Below are positions 28,677-42,333 of a stretch of 64,000 nt of DNA, piece by piece; the stretch's first letter is position 1; every line of letters starts with the position of its first letter. Under the pieces are notes generated by a model that worked only from the letters and a program-made list of their open reading frames with translations, was not told where the DNA came from and did not search any database. The stretch comes from Paraspadella gotoi. Lineage: Eukaryota; Animalia; Chaetognatha. The translations under genes and the position numbers were made by a program. The stretch is taken from the NCBI GenBank assembly GCA_051294375.1, contig CM119266.1, positions 13,704,735-13,768,734 of the forward strand, given 5' to 3'.

Positions 28677-31600
28677 GAGAGGAAATGGTATGGTTTAAGG
28701 TTTACCGCATAACGAAATTCCTTCTAACACTTGCGCCTTTTGGGAAACCGATCTTTTTCTTTTTCTTTTTCTTGGAAACCTTCGTTTCGAGTTTTCCCTT
28801 GTTTCGCTTCTGGTCCGCTCTTTCTTTGCTGCTTTTCTTTTTCAATTTCTGCCCCGGTTGTCGCATTTTGCTGCGCTATTAAACAGGAAACATCTGCCTT
28901 TGGCACTATTTTTTGACTCTCTTTTCTCTTTGGCATGCTCGCCTCGTCTCTCTCCTCTCGTCTCTCTCTCCTCGTCGCAGACTCTCTCTCATACGACCCC
29001 ATCGTGCGCTCTTGCTTCGTCGTCTCTCTCTCTTCTCTCTCGCGTCGTCTTTTTTCTCGTCTCTCATCGTCATCTCTCTCTCCCCTTAGCCGCTTGCTCT
29101 TTCTTTCTATCCATCTCTCCCTCACTCCTTTTTGCCAGCCTAAAGCAATCTCGCGCCCTTATTACAAAAAAAAAAAACACCCATATTTAAAGAAACTTTT
29201 TAATCATTCGCTTTTTGTTTCATTTAAAATTTATAATTAAGATTAACCGTCAACTCGCAGCTGCACTGCATAGGCATAGAGTAGTAGCACTCAGCGTACT
29301 TTACACTATTCTTTACTATTTTCTCAGCGGAAATATCTTTAACTCATTGCCATTATATTTAGAGTAAAAAAATTGCAAGGTTTAAATTTGGCGGTTTCCC
29401 TGCTGTCTAGATCCTGCGGGGCCTCTTTGCACAAGCAGCCAATCAATCTCTTCTTTGTTTTCTTTTCTTCCAACTTATTTCAACCATTATTGCCCCGTGG
29501 AACCTTGCACCTTCCCCCCATTCATCCCCACCCGGTAGCCGCAATTTTCAGCCCCTCGACCCTGTTCTGATACTTCGATTGAGGGTCGTGAATTGATGTC
29601 ACGGAGTGAGAGTGAGGGGACAGATTGCATATGAGAATTACGTACGGGTGTCAGAGAGACAGTCGAGGATGACCTAGCGCTTGAAGACCAGAAGAGATTT
29701 GGTGATGACTGGACGGAGAGACGGACGGACGAGAGAGAAGATGAGAAGAGAAAGCACGAAAGCAGATGAGTCGTAGCTTCGTGAAGCGACGAGTCATCGA
29801 TGGAAAAATTGGAGGTTGATCAAAATGGTCCGAACATATGTAATCTCAAGAGAGGATAAGTTTTGACAACCTCAAGATTGGAAAAGAGGGAAAAGACGCA
29901 AGAAGAGATTGATTGGCTGCTTGTGAAAGAGACTGAGGATCAGAAGGCAGGAAACGCGAATCTAAATCTTCTTCGTAATTGTCTTTTTTATAACATATAC
30001 TTGCCCAATTGGATAAAATCTTATATCACTCCTGATCCATAAATAGACCACACTACACCCCCACTGTCAATTAGCTGTAAGTACGCATTGCCTACTACTC
30101 TATGCTATGCAGTGCAGTGCGCACTACCGTGGACGTTAAGTCCATTATAATTATTTAAATGAAACCAAAAAAAGCGAAATGATAAGTTTCTTTTAAATAT
30201 GGGTGTTTTTTTTTGGAATAAAGGCGGAATCTTTTAGGGGCAATCGAGTGAGGGAGAGATGTGATAGAAAGAAAGAGCAACGGAGAGGGGAGAGAGACGA
30301 GATGAGGAGAGAGAGAGAGAGAGAGAGATCTGAGACGGGATCTGCATCCCTCTCCTGAGATGGACTTGCAGGAGAGAGTGTACGAGAGAAGATGAGAGGA
30401 GGAGCGAGGAGAGAGCGTGAGCCAGCTTTACCCATAAGAGGGCATTGAAAAAGAGGATTTCAAAGACCATCTTCACTTTTGCGCGTAGACATGGATCTTG
30501 CTCTTACTGTTTTCATAATTAACCGCCGCAGCTCATAATTCGACCAAACCCCGAAAACATCGCACCAAAAAAAGACGAAAAATACCCTCGCAGGAGCGAG
30601 ACAGGAACAGACTGAAAGAGGTTGTCCCAAAAAGAAAAAAAGAGGTTTGGCCCAAAGAGGCGCGAAAGTTAAAAGAAGGAATTTCATGTATTCTCGACTT
30701 CACGCTCATTCTACCTCAGACGTTGGGAACGTAATTTCAAAATCGCACATCATTCTCACCATACTTCTTCACTTCCTCGAGGCTCTCTTCGTCTGTCAAC
30801 TCGGTAACGCGTCCTCTTACATCTCGTCTCCGATCTGTCCTCGTCTCGCTCTTCATCTCTTCTGCTTCCTCCTTCTCTCATCATCTCTTTCTTCTATCTA
30901 CAGGGTGCAATAATAGCAGACCTCAGGGGTGAACGGCCGGTTTACCGTTTTTGCAAACAGTTTCGAAGCAATACGAAACAAACGACAAATGCCCACAATG
31001 ATCGTCACTATAAGGAAATCCAATTGGCGTTGAGATTAGAGTGATAAAGAAGACGACTCGACGATGAATGACGAACAGACTCCACGTTTCGCCCACAATG
31101 TTACGAGATATCGAGACGATTATGACAGTCAAAAATTATCGATTATCCGACTAGAACGGGCAAACAAAACGAGAAAAAAGTATTTTTTTACGAACAAGTT
31201 CGGTTACTATATACAATCCATAAGTAATTCGGGAGGGCTATTCTAAGAGTAAGCACATCTTGTACTCACAGCACAGAGACTAGACGAATGAGCAATTAGG
31301 ACAGGGACATTAAATATATAATCCTCTACACGTGGACGGACTACCGTAACTAGGACTGTAAATTGTAATATATATATATATATATTATTATAGATTAAGT
31401 TAACTGGACATGTCAATTTTATCTCCTTGAAAGTTTTCTTGTGTTAATTTGTTTGCAAATCAGATCGTGAACCGGCACTTTTTGTGCTAAATAAACTTCC
31501 AAAATCCGATATGCAAATAAACGACCCAATGTCGACTCACAACCCGAGTCATCCTCCCATCAACGGCCGAGGAAAATCTCATTATTATTGTTCCGAAAGA

Positions 31601-32956
31601 AATAAAGTCAATTCCACCATCTGCGCGAGGAGGCTTCATTCGTGGCCAAAACAAAATCTTTTTTGAGCAAAACCAATATAAAAAAGATTAAAAACCAATG
31701 ATTAAACGCATATCCTTAGACAAATTCTTTTGCCAAAGCAGCCAACGAAATATATATATACTTCACTTTCTCTAACATTTCGAATAGCTTTCTCACCGTT
31801 GGTTGGCACGAAAGTAATTCTCCGCGCTCTTTCTCTCGAGTCAGAATTAGAGCTAATGTTTCCGTCGCCAAGACGACGGCTGCGCCCAGCCTCTAAATCG
31901 CAGAGCATCATTTACCAGCGCGGTCTCGTTAGGGGATCCGTCCGCATCGCGCCTCGCTGAATTAATAGTTCGAACGAAAAAACTGTCGGCCGACATTCGA
32001 CGCTCAACGATCGATAAAGCGCCGATAAGTCACGCGATTGCGCGCGCACAAAGATTGGGTGCGCTATTACGTGTTCGACCCGCGCGCGAGTTTAATTTTC
32101 TCGCATCGCTCGCTGAGATAAGGGAGGCCAACGCAGTGAAAAAAATAATAAATTTACCATTAACCGCCTTCGATCCACGCTTTTGATGATTTTTTCGATA
32201 GGGCCGAGGATAAACTTGAAAAAAGTGATCGGCCGCGTTTTTCTGGTACGTTTTTCCTAAGTAATTAGATAAATAATAATTGATAATTGATAATTGATAA
32301 TTAATTTAATTTCTCTCAAAATATTTCATCAACTGTTAACAATTTTTAACAAGAACATTCTTGTGACATTTCAAAATGTATTGTTTCTCTCTCGTCTCCC
32401 TCTCTCTCCTCTCCTCTCACTCTCATCTTCACCATTTCAAAAAAATCACAACCTTATTTCAGCCTTTTTCCTGTCATTAACCTTCACGCTGTCCTGAAAT
32501 CTGACCACGTGGTCCATTCTCCCAATCTTTGTTGGAAACGTTCGCTCGTCATCCTCCTCCGTCTCTCTCTCTCTCTCTCTCNNNNNNNNNNNNNNNNNNN
32601 NNNNNNAAAAAAAAAACACCCATATTTAAAAGAAACTTATCATTCGCTTTTTTGTTTCATTTAAAATTATAATAAGATTACGTCACTGCACTGCACTGCA
32701 TTGCATAGCATAGAGTAGTAGCATGCGTACTTTACACTATTCTTTACTATTTTTCAGGGAAATATTTTAACTCATTGCATATATTTATAAAAAAAATTCA
32801 AGGTTTAATTTGCGGTTTCCTGCTTCTGATCCTCGGCCTCTTTCACAAGCAGCCAATCAATCTCTTCTTTGCTTTCCCTCTTTTTCCAACTTATTCAAAC
32901 TTATTCCCTCTTAATTCAAACGGACCATTTTTCAACCTCAATTTCCATCGATGACC

Positions 32957-33044
32957 TCGTCTTCTCTCTCATCTCTTTCGTCTTCTCTCTCATCCTTCTC
33001 GTCCTCTCTCTCATCCCTCTCGTCTTCTCTCTCATCCCTTTCGT
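32957..33044 (+). repeat. 21-bp tandem repeat, ~4 copies
   Basis: The unit tcgtcttctctctcatcYYtY is repeated and gives VFSLISF/VFSLILL/VLSLIPL/VFSLIPF in the ORF track. Confidence 0.85.
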
Positions 33045-33469
33045 ATTCTCAATTCAATCTTCCCCTCAAATCTCGACTTCCCTCATCTCCTCGTCGGAAT
33101 TCATCCATTCTCAACCTTCCTTCCCGAGTGTCACCGACCAAGATGGCGTCTTCATCAAAATCCATCAGTCATCCTCACCCAACGCCCCCCTTACCTCACC
33201 TACAACGCTCCCCCTTCCGGAACTGACCCTACCAGACCCTGATTCCCACCACGAAGTTGACCCAAAACCCCAATCTCGGGGCGAACCCAATTGCTCCTCG
33301 GCTCGCTGCTCCGATGCAAGCCCGTTCACTTCCACCCCAACATAAAAGGGCCTTACCCTGCTTCCTCCATCCGCTGCCATGATCGAAGCCTCCCCGAGAC
33401 ATTGACTTGATGGAGAGCGGAGAGAAGGGAGACGCCGGCCTTTTGACAGTTCCAGACGAGAAAGACGAA

Positions 33470-33523
<54 letters not shown>

Positions 33524-33681
33524 GAAAGAAGAAAGAGAGGAGAGAGACGAAGAAGAGAGTGACTTAACGAACGGAGGAAGGAGCGCAAAAGTATCACGAG
33601 AAAATTGTCCTGGATCCGAAAGAGACATCAACTTAGATGACGAAGAAACGTTGTGAGCCGCTTCATAACAAATCATTTCTC

Positions 33682-33717
<36 letters not shown>

Positions 33718-33721
33718 ATCT

Positions 33722-33764
<43 letters not shown>

Positions 33765-36700
33765 TCCTCTCTCTCTCTCTTCCTCCTCGTTATCGCCAAT
33801 TACTTTTAATTTCTTTTTTGTAACGAGAACAGATGGGAAATCTCATAAATTGCGTTTCGCGTGAATGTAGTCACCATAAATTATGTTTTATAGGTTAAAC
33901 TGATTCATGAAAACGGGGCGTAAACGGCTTGGAAATTGCGAAACACATTTCCACTTGCAATTTTACGATATATGTACAAAAGAAGTTGAAGTAAAGTTTA
34001 AGGAAACAATGTAGCGAAGATTATTAAATGAATGGATAATTTTTATATTGGTTGTACCAATTTCTTAAAACTGAGTTTTGAGGAGATTTAACAAATTTAC
34101 AAGGCACTGCCTAGAAGGTAGGTTTGTTCTCGGAAAGAAATGGTAAAAACATGTACAAAATTTGCGATTTGACTTTCAATAAATAGGATAAATAGGATTC
34201 GCCACAATAGGTTTTTCAAGACAGATACAACGGGCCACGGAAATGGATGCTTTCATTGCGTTGTTGCCAAAGCTGAAAATTGGCAAAGCTGCTAACTTCT
34301 CTAAGGCTTTGGTTCTGTTGGGCTAACAGCGTTCCAGTCGCATTTGGGCGACAAATTACGATTCTTCCAGACGTCACCAATTTACACACGCGCAGAGCGA
34401 CTGAATACGTAAGTTTTTTAAACATCAAAGAAAATAAATTAACTAATAATATGATATTTGAACAAGACAAAGTTAATGTAACACTTGTTCAAAAGCAACA
34501 GTGATTCCCCCCCCCAAGTATCACGGACATAATCCAAAATACGTGCAGCAAAAATAAAATTGACAAACTATGAAAAGTAAACAATGCATAAAGCAGCATT
34601 GCAGCAACTTGATGGACCGAAAGCTTTTCCCGGTTTTTTTTCGCGAAAACCGAGAAACCCGATTAAAGGAACCCGCGAGAATTTAAAAAGAGTTTTATCT
34701 CCGGACCCGGTAGAGCGGGAAACTCCTTTACGGTAGTAGTGCTTAGTGACTGTGTGTGAGAGAGCAGAGGAGAGCAGAGATGAGAGAGATGAGACGAGAG
34801 ACGAAGAGAGGATGAGACGAGAGAGAGAGAGAAATAAATTTTGTGGGGTAAGTATTTGAGGAGCTGTATTTTGGACAAGTTTGTATGAGGCCTTCTCTCT
34901 CTTTCTTACTGTTTTACAGTTTCGCTTTCTAACAAAGTGTAAGATTAATTACAATAAATTGAAATAAAGAGTCACCTATTCGACCAAATTCTTAGTTTAG
35001 TTTTTAAATATCCGCCCTAGTAACAAAATTAAAACGAATGCTATCTCAAACGAAACGATTCCCAAATTCCAAATCCGTATTCTTCCCTCGCGCCGGAAAT
35101 GGATAACGTTTGCCGATTCATTCTCGTCTCGTCGACGGCGAAAAGGGAAGGGAGCCGTCGCGCCGCCTATAGAGTACATTATTCATAATAGCGTCAAAAG
35201 TTTCTTAGTTAATATTAATAGCCCCGGGGCGCCGCCTCCTTTTCTCCACCATATTCTCTCCATCTTTGGGGCTCCGTGGTATGAATCATAGGGCGTCGCT
35301 TCGAAGCCTTCATTTCCCCTAAAAAAAAAGCTCCGAGGGAAACGCCCCCTATGGAAATATTTTATCCCCGGGCCTCTGATCCCCGACCCTTGCACGATTC
35401 CCTTTTTTTTTCTTATTCCCTCGCGCCATCTTCGTTCGGCATTTCCATATCGCCTCTGGCCGCTCGGGTTTTCTTCTCCTCTCCGAGTTACTACCGTCGA
35501 TATCTTTTTCCACTTCCCCAACATATTTCTTTCTTTCTTCCCTAATTCTTTTTTTCCCCTTTTTTTTTCTGTCCGATCCATATTTCTTATCATCCCGTTT
35601 CTGCTTCAGTCCCTTCACATTTTTACAATCTCATTGATCACGCCGCCACGTCAATCTGTCTTTTCGAACCTTTTAACTCAGCGCCCACGCATTGTGAGTA
35701 CTCGTCCGATAATATGTTATTCGCCACAATGTGATGTTGTGATGTGATGTGATGTTTTGCTTTTTGTTTATTTTTTAAACTAGATTGTTTGTACAGCTTA
35801 TTTAGTTATTTTTTGCTAAACTCTTTCACTATCGACGATACGAAGTTTTGTTTTTTTTCTTCTCGAAACCGAAAAACTTCCTTGAGGTGAGAGTCAGTCT
35901 GACGGAAACACGTCCGTCCATTAATCAAAAGAGGATTCACGCCAAAGCGGAATCATTTCCGCGCATTTATGGGGTCGTCCTACCTAAGTTACGAAGCAGC
36001 GACGCGCCAACCATCGGTTGTTTCTGAGGTTGTTTGTCACGTGAGGGAATCGGGGCGTCCAAGCGAAACCAGAGCAATTTGCGGCAAGGTTGTCAGCGCC
36101 ATTAAGCGGCGGTTGGACAGTGACCACTGGTCACGGGCGGCACACAATGGAGTATGTCCGATTGCGGATTGGACGCGGGACCAGAGAGGTGGGCGTGGTT
36201 CCCGCATTTGGACAATCGTCGCGTGATTCTTTTTGCATGAAGGAGTAGCAAGTGTGGGAGGGGGACAGGACTTAAATGAATCTTGACTCGGTGATGCACT
36301 TGATCACTTGGTCCCGCGATAAGAGTCTAAATATCTGAAGGAGACAGACTTTGAATTTCACTTCAAGAGTCAACCGACAGTCACGCACTTGTAAATGTAA
36401 CGCTCAGGCGCAAACGTCCTCCTTTCCTAGCAAGAACGTATCTGTTCACACATTCTTCTCCTTAGCTCAAAGGGTCTCACCATTTCGTCGTTCATTTCAC
36501 CAGATTTCGCTTTCATCTTCACTCCCTCTCCCTCTCGCCTTCCTCATCTCTCGCTCTCTCTCTCTCCCCTTCTCCCTTCTTTCCTTCCATTCTCTCCCTT
36601 TGTTTTAGACATTGCGAATTCACGTCGACACAAAAGCCGCGCGAAATGATGATTTTCCGCTTTCATCTCTCGTCAACAAAACCTGGTCCGCCATTGTGAT

Positions 36701-37295
36701 TGATGTCGATACGCCCAGTGACGATAAGACCGCGTGGACGACGACAACGACAACGACGACGAAGCCGGATATCGTGCGATGCGACGATAAGGTTATATAA
36801 CCAGCTAAATCCGGTCATATTTACTCTTGTGATTCTTAAATTGTTTTAATATTTCTACCATATTGTAGTTAATTTAATTTAAAAAAAAAAAATTTCGCTA
36901 TGTCCCCATTTGGTTTAAAAAAGTTTTTTTTCTCCTTAATTTCAATTCTTTTCTATCCTTGGAGTGTTTTAGAACTCTGTTAGGCGATGCCGTTTTTTTT
37001 TTCAATAGCAAATTAGAAAATCCTTCTCTCAGCCGATCGTGGCCAGACTTTCATCACCAAGGTCGTCATGGCGGTTCAAACTCCGTCGATAATGACGACG
37101 ACGACCAAGGTGACGAAAGCGACGAACTCATCGAAATAAATACGAGAAAAAAAAGGAAATTAAAGGATGTTGGGGGGGGGGAGATCGTTTTATCTGAGAC
37201 AAAATCGAGTCAGTCATGGAATAACGGAAAGATTTAAGAGTGTGAAATGTTTCGCTGCCTTCTCGAGAGTTTAATTTAATATTATGTATTTATCT

Positions 37296-37314
37296 AATCT
37301 ATCTATTTATCTTC

Positions 37315-37406
<92 letters not shown>

Positions 37407-37455
37407 TTAAATATCTAAATATCTATCTATCTATCTATCTTCTATTTATTTATTT
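37296..37455. repeat. (CTAT)n / GATA microsatellite
   Basis: Long atctatctat run decaying into (TTTA)n. Confidence 0.95.
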
Positions 37456-37994
37456 ATCCGTTTGCTGTATTATTTACATTGTATGTGCTTACAACCCGAG
37501 TCTTTAGATCTCTACAACTGGAAAACTCTGACAATTGCCCTCGTGGTGCCATTTCGCGTGAAAGCCGTTCATCCCCCGCGGGACGACACCAAGAAAAAAG
37601 CGCCCCCAGGCGTCCAGGTTTCTTCGCCGACGACTCTTAAAGCTGAAGCCTCTCGTACCTCCGGGCTTAATGGTTATGGGTCTCGGGAAAATATAATTTT
37701 CCTTCCAAATTTTTTTTATTATTTATGTTCCTTTACTCCTTTCTTTCAAAATATTTTTCAAAACGCCTTTTTTTTTATTCTCCCCTCCTCCACTACGCAG
37801 GGCAAATCGTTAAAAGATAATCCTCGATTTTTCACAGGATAAACAAAAGATCTCTTGTGGAGGAAGAAGGACTCCGTTTATCCCCATCGGAAAGAATAAA
37901 TCTAATAAAAAGGGAAAAAAATTCAATCATCAATTAATGATTATACCTTGCTTAATCTTCTCTCTCACGCTCTCTCTCTCTCTCTTCTCTCTCT

Positions 37995-38040
<46 letters not shown>

Positions 38041-38541
38041 GTCGCTCTCATTTCTTTGCTATTCTAAAACACGTGTCCAACGTAAATCTCGTTTGGGAAC
38101 AGCGCCAGCCTTTAGAACGCCATGTACTTTAACAAATGATCCTGGGCAGGGTCGTAGATTTGGAAAACGAGGAGTCTAGTCACCACGATCGTATTCAGAC
38201 GGCGCATGCCAACAGAAAGTCACCAATGGCGGCAAGGGCATTGCAAGGTCGAGCAGGGGCGAAGAAATCGTTCTCGATTTTGACGAAAACGAGGTCGATG
38301 CTCGTTAAAGGCGATTTTTATGGAGGAAGACGAAAAGCAGATGGAGAGGACGTTTTAAGGACAACTTTTTAACGATTATATGTAAATGTTTTCAATCGTT
38401 AAATTTACCAGTAGATGATCATCAAATATGTTTAAACAAGCGAAAAATATGATACGTCATCTCGATACCATGGCAACGACGAGATTATTAAAGACGATGA
38501 TAACGAAGTCGATCATGAATATCTTTCTCATTTCTTGAGTC

Positions 38542-38643
<102 letters not shown>

Positions 38644-39033
38644 ATTCCATGCTTAATTTCACAGAACTCAACGACTCCAAATCCAGATTCCATATTCATA
38701 AACCGAATATAAAAATGGCGCCGGATTTCCGGATGGATTTTTTTTCCTACCAATAGAAAATCTTTCCTGGTTCCGTCTTAATCTAGTTTCATGTTAAACC
38801 CATAAAATGACGCTGATGACATCGCTCAATCAATATGGTGTGACCGTGTACCAGGTACAGAAAAAAAACACTGCAAAGTGAGTAAGATTATTATATTATA
38901 AATTGTCGTATATTACTTATAACTTTTTTTTACATTATTTAGCTATTGGCTAATTGACGTCAAATTTATCTAATCCTACATCTCACGTCTCCCACACGAA
39001 ACCACCCTCTTACCCCCTCCCCCTTTCCCGTCC

Positions 39034-39512
39034 TCATCTTGCCAGGCTGCTGCGACGCTTGGCGAGAGTATTGCTCTTTCGTTCTCCCAATTCCGCCGTG
39101 CTGCTGCGCCTGGCACCCAACTCCGCCGTGCTGCTGCGCCTCGCGCCCAGTTCGGCGCCGCTCTGACGCCGCCCAACTTTGGATTCCTCTTCGACGTCGA
39201 TGTTGACGGCACGGCTGCTACGGCGGCGGACGTCGAGGGCTTTGCTGCTGCGTTTGTCGACGACGACAACGTTGCTTCTCTTTTTGTTCATTTCCAGGAA
39301 TCTCGCGCCGCCGCTGTCGACGCTGCCGCCGCCGCCGCCTTCGACGGCCTCTTCCTCGCCTTCGCCGCCTTCGCCTTCAACTCGCAGATCGGCCACCGAC
39401 CACCTGGGTAGGCGAAGGCAATTAATATTATAAAAACGAAAAAAATACAATAAAATAGAAATTAATTAATTAATTAATAATTAATTAATTAATTAATTAA
39501 TTAATTAATTAA

Positions 39513-39586
<74 letters not shown>

Positions 39587-41481
39587 ATTTAAATAATAAA
39601 TTTAATTAATTAATATATTATAATTAAAAAATTAATTAATTAATTAATTAATTAATTAATTAATTAATTTGCGCCCTACCTAACGGCTGTTCTGATCGCC
39701 CCCCTTTGCGATCTCCAGGGTCCACGAAGCGGCGTTTTCTTGATTTCGCCTTCGTCCTCGTCATCGGCGTCACCGTCGTCTTCCGCTTCTTTCTCTTCGA
39801 CTTCCTCCAATTCCGGACCTCGATCTCCGGCGTCACCGGCGTCGCCGGCGTCGTCAGTAGCGGCGCCGGCGTCGTCGCCAGCGCCGCCGTCGTCAGCCAC
39901 GGCGCCACCGTCCCCTCCGTCATCTTCCACGGCGTCGACATCGCCGGCGTCACGGGCGTCGCCGCCATCTCCGGCGTCGCCGTCGTCTCCCTTGTCTACG
40001 GCGTCTTTCCCGTCTCCATCCTTTGCCGCTTCTTTCCCGCCATCTCGTTCGCCGGAATCTCTGGCCTTTGGCGGGCCAGCGTCTTTCGGGCCGGCGTCCC
40101 TGGAGGCCTTTCTGTCGTCGTCGTCTTTGGGGCCGGCGTCCTTGGGGCCGGAATCATCGACGGCGGGTCCGGCGTCGCCTTTGTCGCCCTGGAATCAATT
40201 GGATTAATCATGTCAGTTTATTATCGAGGTTCACGTCGATCACGGAGGAGACGGTCGAGTTAAAAAACTGCGAACAAAAAATAAGATAAATCGATTTATT
40301 TTAAATCTGAGAAGCGAATGGAATCTAATATAGCTAATTGTACAATTCGGGATTTATTTTTTAGAAGGATAAAAGAAAGAGAAAAAACTTTGGTATACAT
40401 TTGTAAGGAAAACAATTTCAAAAATACTTTTTTATAATAATGTAAAGTTTCGTGACCGGCTAAATAATTTCTCAGCGAATAAATAATGACACTAATGACA
40501 GAGTAATGACAGATTAAAAATGACCAAACTTTGCAAATCATTCATCCAAATAAGCTACATTGTACATTGTACAATGTACAATAAGCTAAGAAGCTCGACC
40601 TCGGCTTCCTTGGAGACTTCCCTGACGATCTCAATCTTGGACTGTTCCTCGACGACCGAGTCGTCGACCTCCGTCTCCAACTGCGCCGCCGCTTCTTCCT
40701 CCTGCACTTCCGGCATCTCTGGCACCTCGTCCGGCGGAGGCGTCTCTGCCTTTGGCTCAGGCTCCGCCTCTTGCTCATCCACGACCAGCTTGGTACCGCT
40801 CGAATCGGAGGGCGGGCGCGTTACTTGTAGCACGACACTTTTCGATTCTGCAGTTGAAAAGAGTCGAGGAGATTTAACGTGTTGCCTAATAAATTTGCAA
40901 CGTTACTGCGGCTGCATCATCAACGGCTTACCTCTAACTCTAGGCGGAAGCGGCTTTGAACCCCATCCCCCGATCCTCTCCCGGATGTTCCAAGTCCTCA
41001 AAGCGTCGACATCCGGGTCGAGGCGCGTCAGTAAATTTCCCCGCCAGAGAGATTCGATCTTTGACTGGTGAATAAAAATCAACGTATAACTCACAAATTA
41101 CTATTATTATAATAATTTACTTATTTCCTCTAGTTACTTATCTATTTCATGTCAAATGTATTTTTTCCACGTAGTTTAAATGTAGTTTATTTAGGAATTA
41201 ATTATCATAAAAAGAGGATTGAGTAATGAGTATACCACGAATCAAGATAATGAAAGTCAGGTTGCACATAAACAAACTTCATCTTTCCTCACCGAAGATC
41301 TCGCGGGAACTCCGAGCCGGCCCGATTTCCTCATTCGGCCGCGGTAGGGCTTCTCCGGCAGCATCCAAGACGCCGCCGAAGGGTAAGGCGCGAAGTAGTT
41401 GGCCTTCGCCAACAGCGTTCTGTTCTTGTAGGTCGGTCCGGAACATTTTAGGTAGGGAAATTCCTTACGCGCGTTCGACAT
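39034..41481 (-). CDS. 5-exon gene for an unknown 482-aa, largely disordered protein (basic N-terminus, Glu/Asp/Gly-rich middle, RRxS-repeat tail)
   Basis: Exons: complement(41481-41293, 41064-40932, 40847-40600, 40188-39680, 39403-39034), total 1449 nt = 483 codons. Donors are GTGAGG, GTAAGC, GTCGAG and GTAGGG; all acceptors are CAG. Intron phases 0, 1, 0, 2 all join in frame with no internal stop. Exons are GC-rich and the three longer introns AT-rich. The protein starts MSNARKEFPYLKC and ends ...LAKRRSSLAR*. The exon-3 donor (GAG|GTCGAG) is the weakest site. Confidence 0.8.
39085..39175 (-). repeat. Coding 30-bp tandem repeat (RRQSGAELGA-RRSSTAELGA-RRSSTAELGE)
   Basis: gccgtgctgctgcgcct recurs with a 30-nt period inside the last exon of the minus-strand gene. 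Confidence 0.85.
39460..39670. repeat. (TTAA)n/(AAAT)n microsatellite filling intron 4 of the minus-strand gene
   Basis: Directly visible tetranucleotide runs, essentially all A+T. Confidence 0.95.

Positions 41482-42333
<852 letters not shown>

Larger units (their letters stand above)
13200..33120. repeat. Multi-copy direct/inverted duplication of one several-kb segment; probable long-read gap-fill artefact
   Basis: 22899-27925 is the reverse complement of ~13330-17705 (13625 aaacttgagaagagattcgagtcgaggcgag vs 27591). ccacgaatgaagcc occurs at 17771 and 27980, reverse-complemented at 31632. agcagccaatcaatctcttctt occurs at 29434 and 32848, reverse-complemented at 29900. 22899-23830 repeats 31710-32581, and 22700-22873 repeats ~15035-15220. 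The copies differ mainly by small indels. Confidence 0.85.

Noticed and set aside
32869-33345. 158-aa ORF with a hydrophobic repeat resembling a membrane protein
   Set aside because: The hydrophobic part is just the 21-bp pyrimidine tandem repeat, and the ORF has no ATG start or homology.
39680-40188. Collagen-like start GDKGDAGPA and GDAGDAGD runs
   Set aside because: The Gly-X-Y register holds for only a few triplets at a time and the protein has no signal peptide.
39706-40263. Plus-strand ORFs of 185 and 155 aa (and 40520-41071, 183 aa)
   Set aside because: These are antisense shadows of the GC-rich exons of the minus-strand gene.
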